From Azolla caroliniana (taxonomy: Eukaryota > Plantae > Polypodiophyta), in the NCBI GenBank assembly GCA_043228905.1, contig JBHGNT010000021.1:1054001-1118000 (forward strand): a DNA stretch of 64,000 nucleotides, given 5' to 3'. Positions 38,701 to 52,781 of this stretch are shown here, in pieces. The first letter of the stretch is position 1, and each line of letters begins with the position of its first letter. The notes below the pieces were generated by a model. The model had not been told where the DNA came from. It made no database searches and saw only the letters and a list, made by a program, of their open reading frames with translations. Made by a program: the position numbers and the translations under genes.

Positions 38701-40260
38701 AGGACTAGATACCCTAATTATCTCCTCCCTAATTAAGCATAATTAAAGAAGTAACTAATTACAAACGAAATTGAGCGGTGCACACTCAAGCTAACTGGAA
38801 ACCTTCAATCCTGAACTGATATTAGGTCCCATTAAATAAAAAATATGAAACGAAATTTCCAGAGAATTCATTTAAGATCAATATTTAAATCAAATTGGCC
38901 ATTAAACTATGTTCAATACCATGGTAACTAGTTGGTCAAAAAACCCATCTACGATCCAGGTTTAAATCAAAATGCCCAGTAAAGCAGATTTGGAACCATG
39001 AATATACAGATCAGAGTAGTAAAGATTCAAAATGTCTGCTATACTAATTAAAAAGCACAAATATATGACAAATTTTGAAGAGAATTATAAAAAGTGTGTA
39101 TGAAACCATGGATGTTCAACAAATTTTGAAGAGTATTAAAATCAAACTCCCCATTGACAAATTTTTCAAACAAATATTATAAAGACCAGATTTAAAAATC
39201 GAAGTTACCTTCAGCCTATTTATGAAAGCATAAATAATATTTATTGATTTATTTTGAAGAGAACGAAAATCGAAATTGGTATTAACGTATACAACAAATT
39301 GCCAGACAACCCGTTAAAGGTCTGGGTTAAAAAAAACAAGTTGTCCACCATGAAACCGTGAATATGCACCCAATAGAATTAAAATCAAAACCAAGGATGA
39401 ATGCGCAACAAATTCTACAAAGACCCCATCTTAGGTCAAGCTTAACATCAGAATTCCCACTAAAACATGACATTATGAATATATAATAAAAGTGTCAGAG
39501 AATCAACGTCCAAGTTCGAGGCAACGGCATATATACCAGTTAAAATAAAATAAAAAAGACTACAAAAGTATGTGTATAACCTTGAATTTAACAACAAAAT
39601 TTGCAAGGAACCCATCTAAAATGGCTATTTAATTCAAACTGTCCATTAAATCAAAGGTTGAAACCCAAAAATTTTTAGTGAATTCTTATTAACAAAACGA
39701 CCTCTAAAGGCATGTTTAAAATACAACAAAAATTTAGGAGAATCAACTTTAAATGACCCTCAAAAGCATGTCTAAAGGCATGAATATACCACAATTTGTG
39801 CAGAGAACTAAAAATCTAAATTATTTTAAGCTGAGAAAAAAATGCTTAAACAAATGGGGGTGGATGGTGTCGTATGTTAAGGAACAATAGTTATAAAACC
39901 AAATGTTCAAATATGCCAAGGAACGATAGTCACGAAATTAAATTTTTAGAAAATAATAGGTGAATAAATAAAGATGGGAAAGAACGATTAAAATTGGCAA
40001 CAACTAATGAGTTACCGGAATAACGAAATCAAATTTAGCGGTGATGGAATATGATTTAAGGATGGGGGGAAATGGGTGGATATAAATGGATAAATCCATT
40101 AATTTACCTGACGATAATTAGGGGCTCCGTCAATGTGAGGTTGTAATCGTTTGTTCTGGCAACCTGGGAAATGGTCTGTTTTGAGGATTGTTTTCTTTCC
40201 AAGAACAGATCCTTTTCTTCTGTCAATTACAAGCTCCGGTTCCCGACTGATCCCGGACAT
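26749..40260 (-). CDS. PALD1: Paladin-like protein (three PTP-like phytase/inositol hexakisphosphate domains; At3g62010-type), ~19 exons
   Basis: Start MSGISREPELVIDRRKGSVLGKKTILKTDHFPGCQNKRL..IDGAPNYRQ (40260-40108). Further exons ~38015-38146, 37846-37917, 37623-37693, 37430-37529, 37239-37337, 34451-34577, 34134-34264, 33998-34057, 33519-33754, 32773-33205, 32084-32407, 30661-31266, 30072-30252, 29588-29815, 29208-29492, 28153-28444, 27926-28049, 26749-26899 (..WMQARPELSHICNNLKLE*). Motifs REEPV.YING.P.VLRE, P.TD.K.P and CQMGRGRT are repeated. Confidence 0.95.
27660..27925. repeat. Three ~88-bp tandem copies at the 5' end of the last paladin intron
   Basis: ACTTGGAACTAGGATGATATGTTGTCTAAATC(A/G)AGAAT..AAAATAACCAAA at ~27691, 27778 and 27865, with a diverged copy at ~27298. 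Confidence 0.85.
31820..32000 (-). mobile_element. SINE-like/non-LTR 3'-end repeat, copy A
   Basis: Reverse complement of the shared 3' core ...GAGACAAC..TGTAATCTCTTGTTTGGTCTTATAGGCCATTTTGG..TCTTAAAAGACGTTAATATATCTTTC. Confidence 0.7.
32480..32692 (+). mobile_element. SINE-like/non-LTR 3'-end repeat, copy B
   Basis: TTGAGAATCTTACATGTG...AAAGACGAGACAACA...CTCTTGTTTGGTCTTATAG...AGAAGACGGTAATACATCT, homologous to the other copies. Confidence 0.7.
35150..35345 (-). mobile_element. LINE ORF2 C-terminal remnant
   Basis: Minus-strand IGQLMTSIHQLEVETSRY...EEQIC*LCHSDLELEEHH, matching the LINE C-terminal HQLEIETGRY...RIC.LC....E.EEH zinc-finger-like motif. Confidence 0.65.
35358..35611 (+). mobile_element. 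SINE-like/non-LTR 3'-end repeat, copy C
   Basis: GGATCGACCTATGCTA..GATCTTTC...GGCCTCTTAAAAGACGTTAATATATCTTTCTTTC tail. Confidence 0.8.
35718..36060 (-). mobile_element. SINE-like/non-LTR 3'-end repeat, copy D (tail-to-tail with copy C)
   Basis: Near-complete reverse complement of 52432-52781, including the (TTTC)n tail. Confidence 0.8.
36070..36240 (-). mobile_element. Second LINE C-terminal remnant
   Basis: Minus-strand LRILIG*TRHITVGDCICQRCNWEVECEESYGCHCPV, a decayed version of the same LINE terminal motif. Confidence 0.5.
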
Positions 40261-43200
40261 AACTTATCCAAAAACAAAAGTCTAAGAGAAATAGCAGTTG
40301 GCAATGGCGAGGAGAGGAATGTTAAAAAGAAAGAGAGGGAGGGAGGAGGAGGTAAGGTTTTGGAGAGTAAATGGAGAAGGTGACACATACAGAAGAATTA
40401 GGTGAATATGTACATACATACATACATACATACATACTGATATATATGTATATATATATATGTCCATTCCATACATATTTCTCTTTCTTTATCTCTGTTT
40501 TTTCATTTTCTTTCTTTCCACATACATACATATTCATATTGTACATACATACAAGGAGGGCCCCCGCGATACTCACACACATCTCGATCAACAACAACAG
40601 TAGCAGATGATGCCTCTATTGACCATACGTTTGCCCGTAGGTCCGACCCGAGAAGAATCATGGTACCCAATTACTGAAGCACTCGAGCCCACCAAAGTCG
40701 TAGATGATGGACATGTCAAGACGAGATAATACTTTTGTCTCCCCAACTCGTCACATGTCGTCGCAGACCACGTAACAGAAAACATGGCCCCAAAAATGAA
40801 CCATCGAGACTCGATGATATGACGACGACATGAGTTTCTTCGCTTTGTTGTATAACTTGGTTGCTCGACGATGTGGCAAATATAAGGATGAATAGTTAGT
40901 TAAGTAGTTGAAGATGTGGTGAAGACAACTCATGGTTGCTTGAGTTGTAGAGATAGATCGGTTCACACTATTCACTTGGTTATACCTGGAAAAGGTGTCA
41001 CTAGCCTTAGTTGTGTGATGTGAAGATTAAGATGAGAGAGTTTGTTTCAACATGTCCACACCATTATATATTATGGATTGTGCATCCATCATCACTTAGA
41101 TCATGATTTCACCAACCGTCTACGTTATATTGCTGAAAAGGCTCCAAATTTTGAAAAGTTATTATATTATTACACTATGCCAGTGGTATTTAGTTATACA
41201 TGCATTCTAGGGAAACACAATGTAAGCTACAATTGGTGAGATTTAAAATGTAATAAGGATATCATTTTATAATCATAACATCAATGATTGTTGGCTACAC
41301 ACACACATGGGGAGAAGGTTGCATCAATGAATGTTATCTTAGTAGAAAAGCGTAGCAATAATTTGGAATAAAAGGCATACAAGTGAAAGAGTCACTATGT
41401 CGATTTGGAAGGTTGTAACTACATTTGCCTTGTTGGATAGCCTTAAAATTGCAAAGGGTCACAAATCATCTTATTGCACCTCAATGTTGCTACCTAGGAT
41501 TATAAACGAAAAGAAAACATTGTCTAACAATATATTTCGAGGGTGTTACACTAGCTTTATGTTGTTGGGTAACTGAAAAATATGTGAATGTGTCATGATT
41601 TAATTACAATGTCACCATAGTATCCCTTGCTTAATGTTTGTACAAGGCTTTGTTTGCCATTGAATAAACACTTGTATGTCGACAAGCTTTTGGTGTGATG
41701 ACTCAAAATATATTTGATTACAGTATTGCACTCCAAATGATGATTAGTTGGACATGCGTGATTTGATATTTGCATGCCAACAATATTTAGCAACACATAT
41801 ATTAAATTTGGCTACATGTAGATTTACAAATTTGAGACAAACCAAAACATGACATTGTAGTGGTAAAGATTTCTTTGCAATGTCACAATTGTAGGCTTCA
41901 ATAGGTTTTGTGTCACATCCAATATGAAAAACTTCCCATTTGTATTGGTTCACTAACTGTTTGCATCTAAAAATGGCATCACAACATTGAATTTTGCACT
42001 ATCAGTTTGGCCCTTAAAGACGGCTTTACAACATCGTTGGCATTGACATTTGTTTCCATAACACAAGGAGCGAAAACAATAACGTTATTGTTAAAAGGCA
42101 ATCTGACACAGTTGCATTTTTGGAAGCTTTAATAGAATGTGTTGTGCAAAATATTTCAATCTTATCATAGTGACAACTTTTTAGTGTCATTAAAGATTCT
42201 CTACCTTGAGAATCGAATTGTCATCCCTAAATTATAATTTCAATCACTTTTGTGTTATATAAATGGCTTTTCTTCTTCTCTTAGATCAAGATAAGAGATA
42301 ACAAGGAATCACGAGCTCTTACCATTATTTAAAAGCAATATTATCAAAATTAGATTATGTATGAATTAATTGTATTTGGAAGCTCACAAAAAGGGCCTTG
42401 GTTTTCCTCCCCTGCTCGCAATATACATTGATGAACGAGCCAAGCAAAACATAAAGGTCTCCTCAATAGTGGTTTTCATGTTGTATCACAAGGGCTTCTT
42501 TCTATTTTAATTAATCAGTATTGATTTTCATGTTCTAGAAGCCTTGATGTGTTATTCCTGATCGTGATTTCATGCATATTGACATAATCGATTGCTTTTT
42601 TCGTGTTCTCTAGTTGCATACCTCGACCTCTCCATCCTTTTAACCATTCAATTTGTTGGGATTAGATTTTGAACTCTATGGACAATACACATATCTATCA
42701 GCTAACAACACCATGGTCAACTTGTTTATGACATACATTAGAGCTTTATGTTTTCACCAAAGCAATCATTACCTTTGGCCTTTCTCGAAAGATATAGAGA
42801 ATCATATCAACGTAGAGATATACTAGTAGTAATTTCAATGCAATAACATTTTTGTCAATTTTCACCTCACATTGAGATTCCGTACTAGTAATATAATGTA
42901 TGATAAATACAATCATGAACACCACATCTATCAAGACAATAAGCATATGCTGAATTGAAACCATTTAGAAACCATGATAGGGTTGTCCAACCTTCCATTG
43001 CCAGATGGATGCCATAAAGTTGCCGATGTGATGTTTGCATACATTCAATATTGTTGGACACCTTTAGCATTAAAGTAATACCTTTACAAAGGGTAGCATG
43101 TGTGTCCCACATTATCCATAGAGGCATGGATTGTTTACACAGTGAAGTTGTAAAACATTCGGGTTCTAGGCAAACTCTGGCTTACTTCTCCTATTGGCAT

Positions 43201-44299
43201 ATTGATGGAAAACAATATGGATGCATGATGTGATGCTTAATATTTAGTCTTTTGATATTACATTTATACCTTTCTTTTAGAGCTTATGGATAAGAAAGAT
43301 TCAACAATTATTATACGTTACATTTTCAGAACTTTCCACGTGCCAAATTGAAACAAAATACATTTCTAAAGGAAACCACACAAACATGAGTTGGCTAATA
43401 GTGAAGTGAAGTAAAAGTAGACAGTTCATATCTTTATCATGCATAAGATAAAACAAACAACATTCTATTGTAACTTTTACCTCGTATGGACATTACTCGC
43501 TAGTAATATTAGTTACTACTATAAATAATATATATATGTATGATATAGAGACATAACTTTATCCATTAGAACACTCCTCTTTTGGGAAGAACATGGCAAG
43601 TTTCAATATTGTTGATACTAGCTAGACACATGGCACTTGTTATATTAGCATTTACTATCCTTTTATCCAAAGTTAATTCAGATTGCGTTGTTACGATGAG
43701 AAATACAAAAGCGTTACGATAATCTAATACAATTTACGCGCAAATACTTTTCGTATGTTCTTGTGTAGCTGTAATTCTTACTTCATGAAAATATTGAATG
43801 GTCATAACTTATATTACCGGACTATATCCATGTAAAATAACTTTCATATTTCTACCCTCTTATCATTTTATAGATGATGCAACATCTTCGTGTTATACTA
43901 GCTGCTATTTCACCATAAGAAATTATTGATATGTGCAACTTTAGGACACATGGTGAATTATGTAGTCACAAATATATGGTAAGTTTGTGATAAATGGTAA
44001 CTAATTCCTTACCAGTACAAAACAAATAGAACATTGACATATAATACCTTAAAAAGTGTTCTGAAAATTATAAGCATGTACAACTAGTCAATAAGTGAAG
44101 TAAACTTTTTTACTGTCTAGACATAGTTAATAAAGTTATTAGACAAAGGAAACTAGCCGCAAAACCGATTAATGTTAATCAATTATGCACCAATCATTAA
44201 ATTTCAATAGGGATATCTTATTAGTGTTAATGAAATCATACAATATAGATTGGTGTCATAAATGTGATGAGAGCACCTCTTTGGACAACTGAACACAAG

Positions 44300-44590
44300 A
44301 AGTTTGGTTCTAAAACTCAGGTTTATCGATTTATATGTTTAAATGGTTTGGTTTAAAGGTTTATTGGTTAACTTTTTTTTCTCTTAATGGTTTTTATCGA
44401 TTTAATTAATGTTTTTTTTATTGATTTAATAAATTTAACCTAAATGCTTATTTAATTATATAATTATTTAGATTTTAATTAGTTTCAATTAAATGGATTG
44501 AGAGTTCATAAATGATTTGGTTTGTTTTTGTTTTATATAAATAGTTCGGTTTAATTCAATTCGTCTGAAATCGAACCGGGCCCATCACTA
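44300..44590. mobile_element. Truncated hAT-like MITE (same family as 57222-57841)
   Basis: Shares GGTTTATCG..TTAT..GTTTAA.TGGTTTGGTTTAAAGGTTTA with ~57370-57415 and ends in AACCGGGCCCATCACTA (TIR). Confidence 0.7.
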
Positions 44591-47500
44591 GTATTGACAA
44601 CTAATCAAACTATTAATGATCCTCAAGATATCAATCCTTGTATGATAGCATACCTAAATTCCCCATCCCCAAATCACAATACACAAATGTTTGTCTTAAT
44701 CCTTGATTGTGATGATTGGTTTATCTTGACATATATGGTTGCCTTTACTCTCAATAACAATACTCCACGTTCAATTCTTATAAACCCCATATAACATTAT
44801 CTTGTTTCACGATATACTATTTCATCTACAACTAGATGAGCATACATGATGTATTCCAACTTTACAAAGTAAAGCTTGTTTCTTATTTGACACTTCCATG
44901 CTTCCTCCTATGCATTGAGTAGGTCAAGCTCTATAACAATGATGTTGGATTATATTATAGCGATAAAAGAAAAACTTGAATTGATTCTATTGTTCAAAGA
45001 GATCGTGCAAACAAGTGCAACATGTTTGGGAAGTTATCAAGAATCTTTGTTTTTTTAGTTTATTTGTTTGAATGAAGCATAATATTTTGAGGTAAATATG
45101 CACACATTCTTTGTGCAAACTCACCACATGATGTTTGTGTATTATTGGAACCAATATTACTTCACCAAAATTTGAAGGTTGAATGAATATGAGGTTAAGA
45201 GTTCACAAATGTCACATGGTCATAAACTTACAACTACACAAAGTGACATCCATTTATATTGGCATGTCATGCATTTTATGCTTGCATGCATAACTTACTT
45301 ATGAGTGATTTCTCAAAGTGCTCACGCATGCCAAAGATTCATATCAAGTCTCAAGTAAAGACATCATAGTTCCAAAGTTTCTTCATGTACCTAAGGCAGA
45401 CTTTTAAATACGATCATGATGCCGTTTCAAAACACATGCCATTGTATAAAATTTCCATACCCACATTCCTTGATTAACTTATGAATGTATAATCAAGTAG
45501 TCATTAAAATATGTCTTGAAGTTTCCATGACACTATCATGGGGATAATATCCATATTATTTAAACATAATTACTTCTCAATTCCCACACCATAAGATGGA
45601 ATATTTTTTGCAACAAGTTAAAAAGTTAATACAAAAATATCAAACCTAAGAATACTGATGTTGATATACGAGACACTTTCAATGAAATACAAAGGAGTAT
45701 ATATCAAGAATATGATTTAATGGCATGTGATCAAATAACATCCCTTGATAAAGGTGTATTGATTCATTTTAAGATAGAATAAAGTTTAGATATAAATACA
45801 CGAGACCCGTTGCATGGGGTCCCTAAGGTTATCTCTTAGAGGCCATTCTAAATAATTTAAATGAGCATCACTTAAGTCACTACAACATGACATCGATTTA
45901 TCTCCCAATTATCCAAAATATAGTTGTAACCCCAATCCCTAGTTTTAGTCATCAGTTTCACACATGGGCCAATACATTTGATCCCTCCACCCTCACATGC
46001 ATATATAATTATTGTTATTTGTATGACAGAATTACCACAGTCATCTCATTTATCGCTCACTTGAAGAAATGTTTTTGTTCATGAAGGCTAATTCAAGAAA
46101 TCTTTCTTACCTCATCTACCCATGCACATTAGATTTTGCAAAATCCCAACTAAAAAATAAAAATTTGAGATGAACACGTGAATATGTTCTAGATTAAGCA
46201 GCAACATAAAGTTGTAGCTCTCAAGAAATATATCTTTACTCAAGAACTATAATATGACTAAGAAAATGTCAAAATAGGGTAAAACCAAGGTATCAATGGT
46301 AACATTTTCCTAACGGGCAATAGGTAGATTGTGTTTAATGTTTTTGGACAAATACACGATATAGAATGTACTAACCCCCAATGTTATGTAGCGAGTCTAA
46401 AAATTCCGCCATGTAAAATTGAGATTGGTAACACGCTATATGACCAATTTCCTAATTTTACCCATATTGGTTGCAAAACCCATGGAAAACAACACAATTA
46501 CATTGTGAATGGAAACGTTGAAAATGTCCCTAAAAAAACTCCCTAAAAAGTGTGAAGAAATCCCTAGAATAGCTTCTTTATTTCGAAAACATTTTTGTTT
46601 AAATTAAATCATAAAAGCTTATTCTATAAAACCTACTTTACAAATCCTCCATACATTATTATAAATATGGCATATATATTATATGTGGGCTACATTCCAA
46701 GCACAAATATAGTCTCATTGACACAGTGGAAGATACAGACGGTTTAAATGAAAATGTATTGTAGAAAATTCATGATATAACGAAGAATAAATGTACCACT
46801 GAATCTTTTCACATGATAAGATGACAAATTTGATAAAACTAAACAAACGAACAATTAGGCCTGATGACCAAGATATTAATGATCAAACTTAACATACATG
46901 TTAAGCTAACATTTGAATTAATAATGTCTTCTATCTCATTCAAAATGTTCTCGTGCTCTTCTTGTTTGTCTATCTATTGATAATGTGAGAATGATAATCA
47001 ATCATAATCATATTTGGGAGATTATCTAATTTGAGGTTATGAAATATCATTTTGTCTTCTTTCATGTGATATTCCTTGGGATGAAGTGATATTGATTTTA
47101 ACATACACTAACAATGACGTGAATAATTAGCTTCTTACCTTTCATGAACATCCCAAGTCACTTATAGAATCTATTAATTTACATGTGTGATGTGATAATA
47201 CCTTTTTTTGACCGTTGCTCTAAGCTCTAACAATATCACACCCAGAGATCAAGCATACTTTGATGTCGATCTAAGTGACATGTTATGAAAAACTTTTTTA
47301 AAGGTTAAAGGCAATGACGTTGTGTGAACCACCTATGTTTATAATGTGGTGGCCTAAGACATATAATGGTGAATTGTCCACATAGATCAAGACATGAAGT
47401 TAACCAAGAAAGTGCTAGTGATAAATTTGTTCTAGCATCAAGTTCTTCAAGGTTTAGATCTCCAATTGTTGATGGAAACTAATGTCTTTTAAGAACTTCC

Positions 47501-49325
47501 AAGTAAAGCATTCCTGATTCTATTCGTGCATATATTTGTACAATTCTTGCATACACAAAATGTCTCATATCATATCGTTCTAGAATATGCTTCTACTAAA
47601 GATCTAGGCACTCTTGTAATAGAAGTTCAACCTGTAAGACGGGTCTTTATATTGAAGCAATATTTTGTAGTTCCCAATGGCTCTTTTCATCTTTGGGTGG
47701 GTCATGTAGTATTACCATGAAGACATTTGCCATCATGAAGATTGGACGAAACAATTGGACGATAATGCCAATTATTCTCAAGGAACAATGCCAATGATGA
47801 AGATGGAATGATTGGCAAGAATGGAGGAATAGTGTAGTATCCAAAGAAGAAGTCACAGATCAATAGAATGCAATAAGACAATAAAGCCATGGCAATATAG
47901 GCTACAATAAGGGAGAGGTTCTTGAATGTGTTATGCCAAATACTAAACACACTAGAAGAAATAAGAGAGGACTAAGCACAACAGGAAGGAGGAGGAGACA
48001 AGGAAGACGAAACTCTAAAACACTTCACATTCTCACCGTGTGGAGAGGATTGCTATTAATCTATTACCATATTCAGATGAGTATCTTAGAAATACTTGAA
48101 TACGAAGTCATAAAAGGTCAAGTCAAGCATATGATATAATACTTTGAGAGTATGGTATTCTTTGAATAGAGAGATTTCTTATTAACCTTCCAAATTTTGG
48201 TTTGTAAATTCTCTCTTCTTCGTAATTAAAGCCTCCTACCCCCCCTCGTCACTATTTGATATAGAATTGATAAATACGCACAACCCCTGAATCTAGGGCT
48301 TGGACGGCTCTGAACTCGTTTCAGGAATCCTCGATGATCAGACCGTCCACTTCATTATATCTAAAAAAAAGAAAATGATAAAAAGAAACGAAGAGAAATT
48401 GAAACTAAATGGAAAAGTTAAAAAGAAGAGAGATAATACACCCCTTTTTTTCATTTTTTATTCCCCTTGTGTTATTGCCCCCTTTATTCTCTATATCTAT
48501 GAATATCTAAGAGAAACGAAAAATAGAGTTTGCAAAGATTATACATTAGTCTCTTTCCATACATAAAATATACTTGCAGGTTTTGTTCCTTTAGGATCTT
48601 TGCATTTGGAGATCGATTCTTCATCAAATGCATTTCTATTTCTCAAGAAAATTTCCCACTAGAACTTTTTCTACTTTATCCCTAAGTTGAAGGGTAGTAG
48701 CTAAAAAATAAGACATAAGAATATCCACATAATTACTTTGGATTTTGTCAGTTTACGGGTAAGAAAGATGTTTGACTTAAACTTGAGTCCATCTCATTGT
48801 TATGCCTCTTATGCAGTTTTGAGCAGACCCACTTTATCGAATAAGAATGTGAATGCTTTACATAATTACTTTGGAATTTGTTGGTTTACAAGTAAGAAAG
48901 ATGATGTTCGGCTTAAACTTGAGTCCATCTCATTGTTATGCCTCTTATGAACTTCCGAATGACCCACCTTTGTCAAATAAAAATATGAACGCTTTATTGA
49001 ATGATCAGGTGTCACTTTGATGATAAAAATGGTGATAGTGGAGATTTAATCAATTCAAATGCATAATGTACAGGTGCTAAGGCAATGGTTTATTTATATC
49101 TCAAGATTAATAAGGTTTGTTATAAATTGATGGTGGAAGATAAATAAGGAATGCGTACAATATCGCTTATCAAGGGATACTTACAATGGTGTGATAATTA
49201 ATCTTAGATTATGGAAAACAATGAAATGAGTATTATTAGGTGAGATAAAGTAATGTATTTAAAGTTATCTTTTTATTTAAGGGCAATATCTCTAAAACAA
49301 TGAGGAGAAATAGTGGCAAATACTC

Positions 49326-50830
49326 ATGTTAAATTTAGCCATTTTGGGCTAAAAAATACGTTACATGACATAAAGAAAGGTGTTGGGTTCTTGTTTTGAA
49401 TCACAAAAACTTAACCACTTTAGGGTTATGAGAGTATTTATAGATAGGGGGATAAAACCTCCTAAAGAGGGAAAAAATGGTCCTGTTGTCCTAAGTGTGT
49501 TCACACACATCACTATCCAAAGTGTGTTCAAACACATCACTACCAAAATATGTCAACAAATCCCCCTCGGGATTGATGCGGTGAACAAGGAGCTGGCACT
49601 CATGGCTAAAGAAGTGCCAAGCTATGTGGATACAGATCAATCCACAAATGGGATTAGGCCCAAAGCTTTGCGGAACGCTTCGAACTTCTCCCTAGGTAGA
49701 GCCTTTGCGAAGAGGTCTACAATGTTCTCCTGCGTGGGCACATAAACCAAACTGATCTCTCCAGCAAAGAACCTTTCCCTGACATAGTGATAATGCACCT
49801 CAACATGCTTAGTGCGAGCATGGAACACATGGTTCCTCACAACTGCCATTGCGCTTTGAATGTCAGTGAAGATGGTGGTGGCTGGTGGTGGCAGAAGACT
49901 GACCAACACCCAAATCAGCTAAAAGGCGTCTGAGCCACACTCAATTGTAGTTGTGAAAGCTGCCCTATACTCAGCCTCATAACAAGAAGTGGCCACATTA
50001 GGCTGCTTCTTGCTCAACCAAGATATGCATGAGCTACCAAGCATGAAGCAAAAACCACTTGTGGACACACGAGTGTCATAAAAGCCAACCCAACCAGAAT
50101 TAGAAAAAGCATGCAAGTTTGGCGGAAGTGATCCCCCCTTGGTATAAAACAACCCAAGTGACCGGGTACCACTCAAGTAGCGAAAGATGCGCTTAGCTGC
50201 CTGCCAATCTCCTAGGCAATGCGTAAACCTGCTCATCTGAGAGACAGCAAAGCAAACTGAATATAAGGTCGGGTTATGCATAAGTAAATCAAGCATCCAA
50301 CTGCCTACTGATAGAGAACAACATCAAATGCATCTCCAGCATCATGAAGGCTCAAACATAAACCTGTCTCCATGGGAGTGGCAATAGGTTTACGGTCTTT
50401 AAGGCCAAAACGCTGCAATAATTTGTCACTGTATTTCGATTGACACAAAGCTATTCCACCATCAACTTGCATAAATTGAATGCCCAAATAATGATGCAAA
50501 TGGCCCAAATCTAACATCTCAAAAGAGGCATGCAAATCAGCCTTAACGTCGGCAATGTGCTTCTCATTGGGACTAGTGAGCAACATATCATCAACATACA
50601 CAACCATGATCAGAAATAAATCATCAGCACGCTTAACATATGAGGTGTTTTCAGTTGGACTATTCTCAAACCCAAATGCAATCAAATAGGCATGTATCTT
50701 TTCATAACCTGCACACTTTGTGTTCATGCCCTTTCTGCACAAAACCATGGGGCTAAGATACATACACTTCCTCATGAAGATCACCATTTAGAAATGTTGT
50801 TTTAATGTCCAATTGGTGTACATTCCAACC
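49326..50830 (-). mobile_element. Ty1/Copia remnant: RT-RNase H, PPT and 3' LTR
   Basis: Frameshifted HQLDIKTTFLNGDLHEEVY, VVYVDDMLL, HHYLGIQF, WLSKKQPNVATSCYEAEYRA, FHARTKHVEVHYHYVRE, DLFAKALP. Followed by PPT GAGGGGG and an LTR starting TGTTGACA at 49558, possible end ~49326. Confidence 0.9.
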
Positions 50831-51485
50831 ACGATGAACTCCCTCCTTTTTAGTTTCCTACGATATAAAAAAGGGACTTGACAATAAAAAGGGGACAATA
50901 AAAGAGGAACTTGACACTAATAAATTTTTATAATAAATGTAAAAGCATTTGGTTTATTTTTAATAAATAAATAAAATAAAATAAAGGTTTATTAATTCTT
51001 CACTTTTTCTTCTCCCAAAATTTATGGATATTTTTATCTAACATTAAAAATGGGATTTCACACTAATCATATTTCTATTATAAATATAAAAATATTCGTT
51101 TTTTTAATAAATAAATGAATCAATTAAATAAAATAAAGGTTCATAAACTCTATCCTTTTTTATTTGACACTATAAAGGAGAGTTAATATTAATCATACTT
51201 TTATAATCTATTAATGATTGGTTGTTTTTTTTAGTGAATTAAATTTATTTATTTTCTAAAAATTAATTAATTAATTATTTGTATATTCATTTTGCAAAAC
51301 GAATGGTTTTATATGCAAAACGAATGGTTTTATAATATTCTTAGGGTCATTTCGTATTCTCGAATATTGCGAATATCACGCATGTGTCAATCTATGGTTA
51401 GAGCCATTCACTTGGTACAATGGGTGCAAAATTCGAATCTCTATAGCGCGACGGGAATTAAGGGTCAAGTCTTCATTACCACCAT

Positions 51486-52371
51486 TGTAATTGTTCACTT
51501 CGAACATTTGTATACCCTATTTTGTAAAGGGTTCTTGCTTTTGTTTACCATTGAGTCGTTACAAGGAGTGTGAGTGGCTTAACACAACAATGTAGATGAT
51601 GTAAGAGGAGGAAAAGAGACGAGAGACTACAAGTAACTAAGGTGAGAGTGAGAGTAGAGGTGGACGAGAGAGTGAGAAAAAAACTTAAGAAATTTTCACT
51701 AAGAGAAAATACCTGGCCAACAAGGTTTGCTCTAGAGTTAGCTCCTCAATGCAAAGGTCATTTACAACATGGGTGTAGGTTTATATAGGAGAGAGGGTGA
51801 GAGAAGGGGAAGAGGGAGAGGGTGAGCGAGGGAATACTGAGTTAGTGATAGGTAGTGGAGTGATATACAATTAGTGGGGGTGGGCTATGAAAGAGGGGGG
51901 GGTTATAAGTATGTGTTTAATATGAAGTAAGAGGATTTGGGAGGATCTTTAATATTTAGTTTTGACAAGGAATGAGTGAATGGACTTGGACTTAGTCCAA
52001 CATATAAAGGGTCTAGGTATTTTGGATAGTTCGGGGTCTATGAGTGAGTGAGTGAGCGTGAAGGTTTTTTTAGTATGTGGTGAATTCCTAGCCTAGGGGT
52101 ATCCCTTGTATATCTAAGTTTGAAGATAGGTTTAGGGTATAGGGTAAGTTGGGAAATTTGGGAGAGTAAGGGGAGGAGATATACAACAAATTTGTAGAAA
52201 GTGTGGAAGGGTTTTCTCTCATTACCCCCCATTTTTCAACTTCCAAAACTAAACTTATCTAAACACTTAGTGCACTCACGTTAGAGTACCACTTTCTCTC
52301 CTACTAATCCTACAAGTCCATCACGGGATACACAAATGGGCTCCAGACCAAGACATAACAAAGGGGTTACA
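51486..52371 (-). mobile_element. LTR-like sequence (solo-LTR candidate)
   Basis: Minus strand starts TGTAACCCC (52371) and ends ..TTACA (51486). Contains TATA-like CCTATATAAA. Homologous in reverse to 53330-54995. No TSD seen. Confidence 0.6.
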
Positions 52372-52431
52372 ATTGATCGGGCAATAGCAATTTGTCGTGC
52401 ACGTAGGCCCCGCCCCCCATGGACCACGCCT

Positions 52432-52781
52432 TCGACACCCTTGTCATCGACAGATAAAAGTGATTATCTCCCGCCATCGTAGATGCTTCCCTCGCTTCGG
52501 AGACATTTCCATTCTGGATCGACCTATGCTAGAGATCTTTCGAAGACAAAAGCTACAATATACCTAACTTGAGAATCTCACATGTGCCAAAAACCAAATT
52601 CCCTCGTTTCTTCTCTTTTTATCTTATTTACTTTTATATTTACTGTGTAATATTTATTTTATTTTGATTTGATCTCAAAGACGAGACAACACTCAAGATG
52701 TAATCTCTTATTTGGTCTTATAGGCCATTTTGGCCTCTTAAAAGACGTTAATATATCTTTCTTTCTTTCTTTCTTTCTTTC
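52432..52781 (+). mobile_element. SINE-like/non-LTR 3'-end repeat, copy E, with (TTTC)n tail
   Basis: Homologous to copies A-D; ends AATATATC(TTTC)6. Confidence 0.8.

Noticed and set aside
41600-43250. Possible MULE/SWIM transposase remnant
   Set aside because: The Cys/His pattern (NCDIAKKSLPLQCHVL) is too degenerate to support a call.
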